Source: an uncultured Acidobacteriota bacterium | Lineage (GTDB): Bacteria; Acidobacteriota; Vicinamibacteria; Vicinamibacterales; 2-12-FULL-66-21 | Direction of reading: 5' to 3' | DNA: 64,000 nucleotides | Assembly (NCBI GenBank): GCA_963786195.1 | Contig: CAWAYH010000011.1 | Span: forward strand, 374,781-438,780 | Part shown: positions 36,491 to 47,145 of the stretch, in pieces | How the letters are laid out: each line of letters starts with the position of its first letter | Numbering within the stretch: position 1 is the first letter of the stretch | Position numbers and translations under genes: made by a program | Notes under the pieces: generated by a model | Database searches by the model: none | Seen by the model: only the letters and a program-made list of their open reading frames with translations | Told to the model about the DNA's origin: nothing

Positions 36491-38218
36491 ATGCCAACTG
36501 ACAATCCGCAGCACAACAATCCCCGGGGAGGTGGATTCGACGATCAAATCGATCCGCAGGAATACGCACGTCTTCTGGACCTTTACGATAGCAGCTTCCG
36601 CAATATCGCGGAAGGCGAGGTCGTGAAAGGCACCGTTCTCAAAGTCACGCCATCCGAAGTCATCGTAGACGTCGGCTACAAATCCGAAGGCATCATCGCG
36701 ATCGACGAGTTCGTCGACGAAACCGGCCAGGTGGCCGTGCAGCCGGGCGACATCGTGGACGTCCTGCTGGAGCGCACCGAAGATCGCGAAGGTTACGTCG
36801 TCCTCTCGCGCGAGAAGGCCGAGAAGATGAAGATCTGGGACGACGTCGAGAAGGCCTACGCGGAGAAGAAGGTCGTCATCGGCCGCGTCATCGAGCGAAT
36901 CAAGGGTGGCCTGGCGGTAGATATCGGCGTCCGTGCCTTCCTGCCCGGCTCGCAGATCGACGTTCGACCCGTTCGCAACCTGGATGCGCTTCGCGGCCAG
37001 GAGCTGCGGATGCGCGTCATCAAAGTCAACAAGAAGCGCGGCAACATCGTCCTCTCGCGCAAGGTGCTGCTCGAGGAAGAGAACGCCGAGAAGAAGAAGC
37101 ACACGCTCGACACGCTGGCCGAGGGCAAGGTGCTCACCGGCGTCGTCAAGAACATCACCGACTACGGCGCGTTCATCGACCTCGGCGGCATCGACGGCCT
37201 GCTGCACATCACCGACATGTCGTGGGGCCGCGTGTCGCACCCGTCGGAGCTCTTCAAGGTCAACGAGGAGATCGATGTGATCGTCCTCAAGTACGATCCG
37301 TCGACCGAGCGCGTGTCGCTGGGTCACAAGCAGCTCAAGAACGACCCGTGGTCGAACGTCATCGAGCGGTATCCGGTCGGCGCTCGGATGAGCGGCAAGG
37401 TGGTCAGCCTGACCGACTACGGCGCGTTCGTGGAACTGGAGCCCGGTGTCGAAGGCCTGATCCACGTTTCGGAGATGTCGTGGAGCAAGCGCGTCAAGCA
37501 TCCGTCGAAGATCCTCAACGTCGGCGACAGCGTGGAAGCCATGGTGCTCGGCGTGGATCCCGGCGCGCGGCGCATCTCGCTCGGCCTCAAGCAAGTTGAG
37601 AGCAATCCGTGGCACGAGCTGTCGGAGAAATACCCGATCGGCACGACGATCACCGGAAAGGTCCGCAACCTCACCGAGTTCGGCGCGTTCGTCGAGGTGG
37701 AGGAGGGCATCGATGGCCTGATCCACATCTCGGACATGTCGTGGAGCAAGCGCCTCAAGCACCCGTCAGAAGTCCTGAAGAAGGGCGACACGGTCGAGGC
37801 GATGGTGCTCAACATCGACGCCGAGAACCAGCGCCTGTCGCTCGGCCTCAAACAGCTGCAGACCGACGTGTGGGACGAGTTCTTCACGCAGCACCATGTC
37901 GCCGACGTGGTGGAGGGCAAGGTCGTCCGCGTGACGAACTTCGGCGCGTTCGTCGAGCTGGCGGAGGGCATCGAGGGGCTGATTCACGTGTCGGAGTTCG
38001 ACGACTCGCATCACGCAGGTAAGGACGAGAAGCTCGAGCTCAAGGTGGGCGATAGCTACCAGATGAAGATCATCAAGCTGATCCCGTCCGAGCGGAAGAT
38101 CGGGCTCAGCATCCGCGCGCTGAAGAGCGACGAGTTCCGTGCGGACTGGGAAGCGTACGCCGAAACGAGCGGGCGCCCCGAGGTGACGTTGGGGGATCAC
38201 TTCAAGCATCAACAGTAG
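36491..38218 (+). CDS. rpsA: 30S ribosomal protein S1 (six S1 domains)
   Basis: Track ORF 36392..38218. GAGGAGG lies 9 nt before ATG 36491. Repeated S1 motifs (GTVLKVTPSEVIVDVGYKSEG, GRVIERIKGGLAVDIG, GVVKNITDYGAFIDLGGIDGLLHITDMSW, ...). Confidence 0.95.
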   Translation: MPTDNPQHNNPRGGGFDDQIDPQEYARLLDLYDSSFRNIAEGEVVKGTVLKVTPSEVIVDVGYKSEGIIAIDEFVDETGQVAVQPGDIVDVLLERTEDREGYVVLSREKAEKMKIWDDVEKAYAEKKVVIGRVIERIKGGLAVDIGVRAFLPGSQIDVRPVRNLDALRGQELRMRVIKVNKKRGNIVLSRKVLLEEENAEKKKHTLDTLAEGKVLTGVVKNITDYGAFIDLGGIDGLLHITDMSWGRVSHPSELFKVNEEIDVIVLKYDPSTERVSLGHKQLKNDPWSNVIERYPVGARMSGKVVSLTDYGAFVELEPGVEGLIHVSEMSWSKRVKHPSKILNVGDSVEAMVLGVDPGARRISLGLKQVESNPWHELSEKYPIGTTITGKVRNLTEFGAFVEVEEGIDGLIHISDMSWSKRLKHPSEVLKKGDTVEAMVLNIDAENQRLSLGLKQLQTDVWDEFFTQHHVADVVEGKVVRVTNFGAFVELAEGIEGLIHVSEFDDSHHAGKDEKLELKVGDSYQMKIIKLIPSERKIGLSIRALKSDEFRADWEAYAETSGRPEVTLGDHFKHQQ

Positions 38219-38237
38219 CTGACAGCCAGGTGAGCCT

Positions 38238-38585
38238 ATGAACACAGGCAGCATGACCAAGGCGGAGCTCGTCGAAGAGGTTTCACGCGTTTCCGATCTG
38301 ACCAAGAAACACTCCGAGGTCATCGTCGACACCGTTTTCAAGAGCATCATCGACGCGCTGCATCGAGGCGAGAAGATCGAGCTGCGCGGATTCGGGAGCT
38401 TCCGCCTCAGGCGGCGGGAGCCGCGGAAGGGTCGAAACCCCAAGACGGGCGACAAGGTTGATGTGCCGCCGAAGAAAGTGCCGTACTTCAAGCCGGGCAA
38501 AGAGCTGAAAGAGCTCATCAATCGCGAAACCGATGCGCCCGCGTCGCCGTCCGCACCGCCAGAAACCCTCAACCCGGAACTGTGA
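38238..38585 (+). CDS. HU/IHF-family DNA-binding protein (IHF-beta-like) with a Pro/Ala-rich tail
   Basis: ORF 38238..38585: MTKAELVEEVSRVSDLTKKHSEVIVDTVFKSIIDALHRGEKIELRGFGSFRLRRREPRKGRNPKTGDKVDVPPKKVPYFKPGKEL. Confidence 0.85.
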   Translation: MNTGSMTKAELVEEVSRVSDLTKKHSEVIVDTVFKSIIDALHRGEKIELRGFGSFRLRRREPRKGRNPKTGDKVDVPPKKVPYFKPGKELKELINRETDAPASPSAPPETLNPEL

Positions 38586-38626
38586 ACACTGGAGGCTGCG
38601 CCGTACTGGCGCAGCCTTCGATTTCC

Positions 38627-39112
38627 ATGGATCACCTCTGGTCGCCCTGGAGGATCTCCTACGTGACCGGAACTGCGGGCGCCGTCGGCTGCGTGTTCTG
38701 TGACGCCCACGCCGGCGAGGAAGTCTCGCTGGTCGTCTTCCGCGGCAGCTCCTGCTACGTCATCCTCAACAAGTTCCCGTACAACAACGGCCACCTCATG
38801 GTGGTCACCAACCGGCACATCGCGTCGCTGAAGGACGCGACGGCCGAGGAGCTGTGCGAGCTCATCGATCTGGCGCGGCGGGCAGAGATCGCACTCGGCG
38901 AGGCGTACTCGCCGCACGGGCTGAACATGGGGATCAACCTGGGCAAGCCGGCCGGCGCCGGCGTGCTCGACCACGTCCATCTGCATGTCGTGCCGCGGTG
39001 GAACGGGGACACCAACTACATGACGGTCGTCGGCCAAACGCGCGTGTTGCCGGAAGACCTGACGGAAACCGCCGCGAGGCTCCGGCCGATCTTCGAGCGG
39101 CTGGCACTATGA
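38627..39112 (+). CDS. HIT-family nucleotide hydrolase/transferase
   Basis: Track ORF 38582..39112: MDHLWSPWR...CVFC...ILNKFPYNNGHLMVV...HVHLHVVPRW (histidine triad). An alternative GTG start at 38582 overlaps the preceding stop. Confidence 0.85.
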   Translation: MDHLWSPWRISYVTGTAGAVGCVFCDAHAGEEVSLVVFRGSSCYVILNKFPYNNGHLMVVTNRHIASLKDATAEELCELIDLARRAEIALGEAYSPHGLNMGINLGKPAGAGVLDHVHLHVVPRWNGDTNYMTVVGQTRVLPEDLTETAARLRPIFERLAL

Positions 39113-40248
39113 ATTTCGACCTCACCACCGAGCAGGAAGCTTTCCGCCAGCGCGTCGCGCGCTTCGCCGCCGACCGTGTGGCGCCGCAGGCGGCCGACAT
39201 CGACGACCGGGGCGTGTTCCCGAAGGATCTCGTCCGCGAGGCGGCAGCGCTCGGCCTGATGGGCGTCACCATCTCGCGCGAGTTCAGCGGCGCAGGGCGC
39301 GATTACGTCAGCTACGCGCTGGCCGTCGCGGAGCTTGCGAAAGCGAGCTCGGCGGTGGCGGTGATCGCGGCCGTGAACAATTCGCTCGTGGCGGAGCCGA
39401 TCGCCGAGTTCGGGACCGACGCTCAGAAGGACACGTGGCTGCGGCGGCTTGCCGGTGGCGAATCGATCGGCGCGTTCGCGCTGTCCGAGGATCAGGCGGG
39501 ATCCGACGCGGCGAATCAGCAGACGGTCGCCCGGCTCGACGACCATGGCTACGTGATCAACGGCCGCAAGGTCTGGGTCGCCAACGCCGAAGCGGCCGAT
39601 CTCGTCATCGTTTTTGCGGCCACACAGCCGGGCCTTCGCGGGCGCGGCGTGAGCGCATTCCTCGTGCCCATGGAGACGTCGGGAATCACGCGCATCGCGG
39701 CGGCCGATTCCCTGGGCGTTCGCGGTCTCGGCTGCATGGATCTGGATTTTCAGAACGTCCATGTCGGCACAGACTGCCTCCTGGGGGCGCCCGGTGACGG
39801 CTTCAAGATGGCGATGTGGGCGCTGGACGGCGGCCGTGTCGCGATCGCGGCGCAGGCGCTCGGCGTCGGCGAAGCGGCGCTCGCGCAGGCCGTCGACCAT
39901 GCGCGCGCGCACACCGCGTTCGGGCAGCCGATCGGCAACTACGAAGCGATTCAGTGGATGCTGGCGGACTCGGCCACCGAGCTGGAGGCCGCGCGATTGC
40001 TCACGCTGAAGGCGGCCGACGCGCGCGACCGTCAGTCGCGCGCGACCCTCGAAGCGTCGATGGCGAAGCTGTTCGCGTCGGAAACCGCCCACCGCGCAGC
40101 AGACAAGGCGATGCAGATCCTCGCCTCGAAAGGCTACCGCCGCGGGTCTGTTGTCGAACGACTCTTCAGAGACGTCCGCGCGACCGAGATCTACCAGGGC
40201 ACGTCAGAAGTACAGCGCATGGTGATCGCAGAACACATCCTGAACTAA
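39109..40248 (+). CDS. Acyl-CoA dehydrogenase (379 aa)
   Basis: Track ORF 38854..40248. Family start MNFDLTTEQEAFRQRVARFAADRVAP at ATG 39109, overlapping the HIT stop (ATGA). ...GAFALSEDQAGSDA..., IYQGTSEVQRMVIAEHIL. Confidence 0.9.
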   Translation: MNFDLTTEQEAFRQRVARFAADRVAPQAADIDDRGVFPKDLVREAAALGLMGVTISREFSGAGRDYVSYALAVAELAKASSAVAVIAAVNNSLVAEPIAEFGTDAQKDTWLRRLAGGESIGAFALSEDQAGSDAANQQTVARLDDHGYVINGRKVWVANAEAADLVIVFAATQPGLRGRGVSAFLVPMETSGITRIAAADSLGVRGLGCMDLDFQNVHVGTDCLLGAPGDGFKMAMWALDGGRVAIAAQALGVGEAALAQAVDHARAHTAFGQPIGNYEAIQWMLADSATELEAARLLTLKAADARDRQSRATLEASMAKLFASETAHRAADKAMQILASKGYRRGSVVERLFRDVRATEIYQGTSEVQRMVIAEHILN

Positions 40249-40364
40249 CCGACAACCGACAACCGATACCGAAACCAACAACCAACAACCAACAACCAAC
40301 AACCAACAACCGACAACCGACAACCGACAACCGAAAACCGACAACCGACAACCGACAACCGACC
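40249..40364 (+). repeat. 116-bp tandem heptamer array (about 16 units of GACAACC/AACAACC/GAAAACC) filling the whole spacer between two convergent stop codons
   Basis: cc gacaacc gacaacc gatacc gaaacc (aacaacc)x5 (gacaacc)x3 gaaaacc (gacaacc)x3 gacc. Flanked by TAA 40246-40248 and tca 40365-40367. Confidence 0.85.
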
Positions 40365-42029
40365 TCAACGAATCAACACCGCCCCGATCTGCAATCCCAA
40401 CAGCCTTGAATCCGTCGATCCAGGAATAACTTCCGACGGCCGCCACGCGCGATCGCTGATGATCCTGATGCGATGTCCCCGATGCCTGCGCGACAGATGC
40501 GCCGCGCTCAGCCCCGTCGACGACATCCGCCAGCCCGGCGTGTCGAGGACGAACTCGTCGAATGTCCGCCCGTCGTCGGTCATCGATGCGTGGGCGGGCG
40601 GCCCGACAGGGTCGAGGCCGTAGCGAACAGGAATCGTGAGCGCCCGCGCGCGCCCCGATACGGAGATCTCGACGACCGGGCCACCCATCCATTGATATGG
40701 CACGCCGGTGGGGTCGATCTCGAGGCCGTGCAGACCGAACGCGACGTACGTCACCACATCCAGCGGGTTCGACGACACACGTGCCGCGGCGCCGGGTTCC
40801 TTCTTCTGCGCCAGGTACTCGCGAAGCTGGAGAGGCACGGCGTCCCAGCCGCGGACGATCTCGTCGTGCGCCAGCACGATCGGCCCGAAGGGCTCGAAGT
40901 CCCGCGTGATGTCCCGCGTGACCGCCGTGAACGTCGCGAGTCCCACACCGATCGTCGCGACGGCTGCAACCCTGCTCACGCCGCGACCCGCGACATCGAT
41001 CAGCCCGAGCGACGCGCCGGTCAGGACGAGCACGGCCCCGAGCGCGACGACGTAGACCTGCTCTGACTTCGTGACGAAGGCGAATGGCAGGTTGAAGAGC
41101 AGTGCAACCGCCGCGCCCGACACCAGGCAGACTCTCGCGGCTGGTGACATCCGCCGCCAGAGGACGACGGCAGCGATGGGAAGCAGCGTGGCAAACCAGC
41201 TCGCGATCGGCTGCCACGGACGGTCGGCCGGGACGAGGCGCAGCACGCCGTTGAGTCCCTTCAGCAGGTTTCGCCACGCCGACGCCGCGGTTGGCCGGCT
41301 GTAGCCCCCGAGCGCGCCAAGCGAATACCACCGCAGTCCCAGCAGGGCAACGACGAGCGCGCCTGCGAGGAGCAGAAAACCTCGGGGCACGGCCTGGAGG
41401 GCGGGTTCAGCCACACGCCTCCTGATCGCGTGGAGCACGATGATGGCTGGCAGGAGCATGACGCCGTCTTCCTTGATGAGGAAGGCGGCGGCGCCGAAGA
41501 CGAGCAGCGGCAGCCACCAGGCGAGGCTCTTCGCGCGGATGGCGTCCCACCAGGTCAGCGCACCGAGGACGGCCAGAATCTGAAGCAGGTGCATCTGGTT
41601 CGTGATCCAGGCGACCAGTGAGTACGGCATCGCGGGGTGGCAGACGAAGAACAGCATCGCGATGACGGCTGCGACCCGACGCGCGGTGAGCCTGAAGACG
41701 AACCAGCCGGCGAGTACAGCCGCCAGCGCAAACAGCGTGAGGGACGTTGCGTGGTGGAGCGTGGGGTCCAGGCCGAACAGCTCGAACCGCAGCGCGTGGA
41801 AGACGATCGTCAGCGGCCGGTAGAACGGCACCATGATGCCGCTGCGATCCCAGGATCCCGTGAAAGTGGCGAGAACCTCCGACCGCGAATGCGGCCGCAG
41901 GAAGTAATAGTCGTCGTAGTCGAAGCCGTACGCCAGCGTCTCGCGGTACAAAAGGAAGGTCGTGGCTCCGGCGAGCGCGGCGAGAAAGACGGCGAACCGG
42001 AAACTGTTAGCCGAGAATCTGCTTCGCAA
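40365..42029 (-). CDS. Polytopic membrane protein, possibly a GT-C-type (PMT/ArnT/TMTC-like) glycosyltransferase
   Basis: ORF 40365..42029, 554 aa: 10 or more hydrophobic segments. N-terminal LYRETLAYGFDYDDYYFLRP resembles the first-loop acidic motif of GT-C enzymes. Family assignment is tentative. Confidence 0.5.
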   Translation of the reverse strand: MRSRFSANSFRFAVFLAALAGATTFLLYRETLAYGFDYDDYYFLRPHSRSEVLATFTGSWDRSGIMVPFYRPLTIVFHALRFELFGLDPTLHHATSLTLFALAAVLAGWFVFRLTARRVAAVIAMLFFVCHPAMPYSLVAWITNQMHLLQILAVLGALTWWDAIRAKSLAWWLPLLVFGAAAFLIKEDGVMLLPAIIVLHAIRRRVAEPALQAVPRGFLLLAGALVVALLGLRWYSLGALGGYSRPTAASAWRNLLKGLNGVLRLVPADRPWQPIASWFATLLPIAAVVLWRRMSPAARVCLVSGAAVALLFNLPFAFVTKSEQVYVVALGAVLVLTGASLGLIDVAGRGVSRVAAVATIGVGLATFTAVTRDITRDFEPFGPIVLAHDEIVRGWDAVPLQLREYLAQKKEPGAAARVSSNPLDVVTYVAFGLHGLEIDPTGVPYQWMGGPVVEISVSGRARALTIPVRYGLDPVGPPAHASMTDDGRTFDEFVLDTPGWRMSSTGLSAAHLSRRHRGHRIRIISDRAWRPSEVIPGSTDSRLLGLQIGAVLIR

Positions 42030-43174
42030 TCGTCTGCAGCTGCAGGTTCGACGTGCCTTCGTAGATCTGGCCGATCTTGGCGTCGCGGTACAGCTTCTCG
42101 ACCGGGTACTCCTTGACGAACCCGTTCCCGCCGAGCAGATTCACGGCGAGTGACGCGACCCGCTCGGCCACTTCCGACGAGAGGATCTTGCAGATGGCCG
42201 CCTCGGTGAGAAACGGCTTGCCGGCGTCACGGAGCCGTGCGGCGTTGTACACCGCGAGCTTCGCCGACTCGACGTCGACCGCGGCGCGCGCCAGCTGGAA
42301 CTGCACGCCCTGGAACTCGGCGACGGCCTTGCCGAACTGCTTGCGCTCCTTCGTGTATTTGATCGCGTGGTCGAGCGCGCCCCGGGCGAGCCCGAGCATC
42401 TGCGCGCCGATCCCGATGCGTCCCTCGTTCAGCGTCTCGATGGCCACCTTGTAGCCCTTGCCGACCTCGCCCAGCACGTTCGCTTTCGGCACGCGGCAGT
42501 CTTCGAGGATCAGCTCGCACGTACTGCTGGCGCGAATGCCGAGCTTGTCTTCCTTCTTGCCGACCGTGAAGCCCGCCATGCCGCGCTCGACGAGGAACGC
42601 AGTGATGCCACGGTAGCCGGCGTCGGGATTGATGGTCGCGAAGACGATGAAGAGGTCCGCCTCGTTGCCGTTCGTGATCCAGAGCTTTCGGCCGGTGACG
42701 ACGTACGCGTCGCCGTCCTCGCGGGCGCGCGTCGTGAGCGCGAACGCATCGCTGCCGGAGCCGGCCTCTGAGAGCGCGTACGCGCCGACCGTGCTCGTCG
42801 CCATCTTCGTGAGGTACCGGCGCTTGATGTCCTCGGTGCCCCAGCGCACCAGCGCGTTGATGACGAGCGTGTTCTGCACGTCGACCAGCACGCCTATCGA
42901 GGGATCGACGCGCGACAGCTCTTCGACGGCGAGCACCGAGTGGAAGAATGTCCCCTCTGCGCCGCCGTAGCTCTCGGGGATCTCGATGGCCATCACGCCG
43001 AGATTGAAGAGCTGGTCGACCAGGGAGCGCGGGATCTTCGCGTGCTCGTCCATCTCGCGGACGAGCGGCCTCACCTGGGCGTCGGCAAAGGCCCGGACGC
43101 TGTCGCGAAAGATGAGTCTCGTCCTCGGCGAGGACGGTCAGGGGCTGGGCGCGGTCGGCGAGCTCTTGGGTCAC
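42007..43174 (-). pseudogene. Acyl-CoA dehydrogenase (butyryl-CoA-dehydrogenase-like); one frame break near the 5' end as assembled
   Basis: ORF 42007..43074 carries VRPLVREMDEHAKIPRSLVDQLFNLGVMAIEIPESYGGAEG...IYEGTSNLQLQTIAKQILG. The N-terminus (V)TQELADRAQPLTVLAEDET is in the frame of ORF 42227..43174. They join around 43108 (gagact c atctttcgc). Confidence 0.85.
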
Positions 43175-43281
43175 GGCTGCGACTCCTCACGAAGTCCTGG
43201 ATAGGGGCAGATCAGCCAATGGTATCATTGGCCTGGTAGCGTCCAGCCCTGGCCCGGAGGTGCACGTCCGCTCGCGCAGAC

Positions 43282-45437
43282 ATGGCTCACCTGGCGTTCG
43301 AGCCGGACCTGAGCGTCATGCGAATCACTCCACTACTCGGCGCCAGCCTGGTTGCCGCGGCTCTCTCGGTAGCGAGCCCCGCGGCGCGTCAGGGAACACC
43401 GCCGCAGCAGCCGCCGCCGGCCGGTCAGCAGGCCCAGCCCCAGGATCAACAGCAGCCACCGCCACGGATCCGGACGGGCATCAACTTCGTCAGCGTCGAC
43501 GTCATCATCACGGATCGTCAGGGCAAGCCGCTCCTCGATCTGAAGCAGGACGAGTTCCGGGTCAAGGAAGACGGCAAGGCCGCAGACGATCGAGACGTTC
43601 GCGGTCATCAAGATCGACGTGCAGTCGCAGGACGAATCGCCCGCGCCGGAGATCCGGTCGATCTTCGACGAGCAGCGGGAGGCCGCGCGGCCCGACGTCC
43701 GGCTGTTCATCATCCTGCTCGACGACTACCACGTGCGCCGCGGCAACGACATGGTCGTGCGGAAGCCGCTGATCGACTTCATTCAGAATCAGCTCGGCGC
43801 CGCTCGACATGGTCGCGATCATGTATCCGCTGACGCCGGTCACGGACCTGAGCTTCACGCGCAACCGCAGCAGCCTCATCAGCGCGATCGAGCACTTCGA
43901 AGGACGCCGTTTCAACTACGAGCCGCGCAACGAGTTCGAGCAGCGGTACGCGTTACTACCCGGCGGCGACCGTCGAGCGGATCCGCAACGACAGTGACGA
44001 TGGGCGCGCTCAGGGGCGCCGCGGCCAAGCTCGGGGGCCTGCGCGAGGGACGCAAGTCGATCATCCTCGTCAGCGAGGGTTTCACTGGAACGCTGCCGCC
44101 GCAGCTGAACGATCCCGTCGCCGCAATGCCCGGGCTCAACAATCCCGACGCGCAATCGGCCGAACGTCGTGCGACGACCGACCGCGCAGGAGTTCCTCGA
44201 ATCAGAGCGACGATGGTCACGGATCTCAGTGAAATCTTTCAGGAAGCGAACCGGAACAACACCTCGATCTACGCGGTGGATCCGCGCGGCCTGGCCGTCT
44301 TCGAGTACGACATCAACCAGGCGGTCGGGATGCAGGTCGATCGAACGCCACCTGGAGTCGTCGCTCGACACGTTGCGCGCGCTCGCGGACAACACCGACG
44401 GACGCGCGATCATCAATCGCAACGACCTCGCGACGGGGATGAAGCAGATCATCCGCGACGCGAGCGGCTACTACCTGCTCGGCTACAACTCGACGCTGGC
44501 GCCGACGGACGGCAAGTTCCACCGGATCGAGGTGGAAGTCACGCGCCGCGGCGTCGACGTGCGGGCGCGGAAGGGTTACTGGGCGTACACCGCCGAGGAC
44601 GCCGCACGCGCTTCCGCGCCGGCGAGACCCGAGGCCCCGCCCGCGGTCACCGCGCGCGCTCGGTTCGCTCGCAGAACCGGTCGCGCGGACGCACGACGCG
44701 GTTCTGGTTCGGGACGGCCAAGGGCGAGAACGGCCGCGCGAAAGTCACGTTCGTGTGGGAGCCCATTCCACCGGTCCCCGGCGAGCGCCGGGCGAGGAGA
44801 CGAGAGCCCCGCTTCCGTCAACCTGATCGCGCTCGCGGCGGATGGCCGTCCGCTCTTCAAGGGCAGGGTGCCCGATCGTCCACAGGGTGCCGCGCCAACC
44901 GGGACGTCGGCCCCGACGCCGTCGGCAGCGTCGACGTCGGTCGCGCCGACCGGCGCGCAGGCGACGTTCGATGCGCCGCCCGGCCGCCTCCAGTTGCGGA
45001 TGGTCGTCGAGGCGGCCACCGGTCAGGTTCTCGACTCCGCGACGCGCGACCTGACGGTGCCCGACTACACGACCGTGCAGGTGTCATTCGGCACCACCCG
45101 CGTGTTCCGCGCGCGCAGCCCCCGCGAGTCACAGCAGATCAAAGCCAACCCCGACGCCATGCCGGTCGTCGATCGCTCCTTCTCGCGAACGGAGCGTCTG
45201 CTGCTCCGCGTGGACGCCTACGCCCCCGGCGGCGCGGCGCCGGGCGTCACCGCGAGGCTGCTGAACCGCGGCGGCACGTCCATGTTCGACCTGCCCGTGC
45301 AGGTGTCGCCGTCCGGCACCGCGGAGCTCGAGCTCACGCTCGGTCAGCTCGGCGCGGGCGACTACCTCATCGAGCTGACCGCCAAAACCGATTCCGGAAC
45401 CGCCCAGGAGCTCGTCGCCTTCAAGGTGAATCGCTAA
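43282..45437 (+). pseudogene. Secreted von Willebrand factor A-domain protein of the acidobacterial VWFA type; about 8 or more frame breaks as assembled
   Basis: Ordered conserved pieces across frames: signal peptide and INFVSVDVIITDRQGKPLLDLKQDEFRVKEDGK / ESPAPEIRSIFDEQREAARPDVRLFIILLDDYHV / MVAIMYPLTPVTDLSFTRNRSSLISAIEHFEG / YYPAATVERIRND / VTMGALRGAAAKLGGLREGRKSIILVSEGF...NTSIYAVDPRGL / LDTLRALADNTDGRAIINRNDL...GYYLLGYNS...GKFHRIEVEV / RFWFGTAKGENGRAKVTFVWEP / VNLIALAADGRPLF... Confidence 0.75.
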
Positions 45438-45687
45438 TCGGTACTTGGTCTTCCCCCCTACGTCTGATATAAGGACCCGTCAAGGCGGGCCCCCCCTGGC
45501 GTTTTTTGCGTGCGGTTGTGGCAAATTCTGCTCGCATCGCACGTTCTGCCACGACATGTTTGCCGTAATCGCATCGTTTGTCCCGGGTTGTTTCGGGGAC
45601 ACTCAAACGTGACTGTCCCGTTTGCAGTGTCCCCGACGATAAGGAGGCGAGATGCGGGTGAGTCGGTTGGCGCAGGAGGAGCGGACG

Positions 45688-47063
<1,376 letters not shown>

Positions 47064-47145
47064 CGCTGTCGGATGCCTAACCGTCGAATCGCTAATCGCG
47101 AACTTGCATCGGGTTTGCGACTTGCACGTTGGGATTACGATTGCG

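Noticed and set aside
36404-39037. Two long minus-strand ORFs (452 and 423 aa)
   Set aside because: Antisense to rpsA, the IHF/HU gene and the HIT gene; shadow ORFs.
40249-40364. Could the repeat arrays (also 21249-21365 and 13327-13375) be CRISPR arrays?
   Set aside because: The period is 7 nt with no unique spacers, no 25-40-nt repeats and no cas genes in the window. They are simple tandem heptamers.
45470-45511. Rho-independent terminator after the VWFA gene (ggacccg tcaagg cgggccc ... tttttt)
   Set aside because: The stem is only 7 bp with a mismatch, and the T-run starts about 10 nt after it. Too weak to call as a feature.
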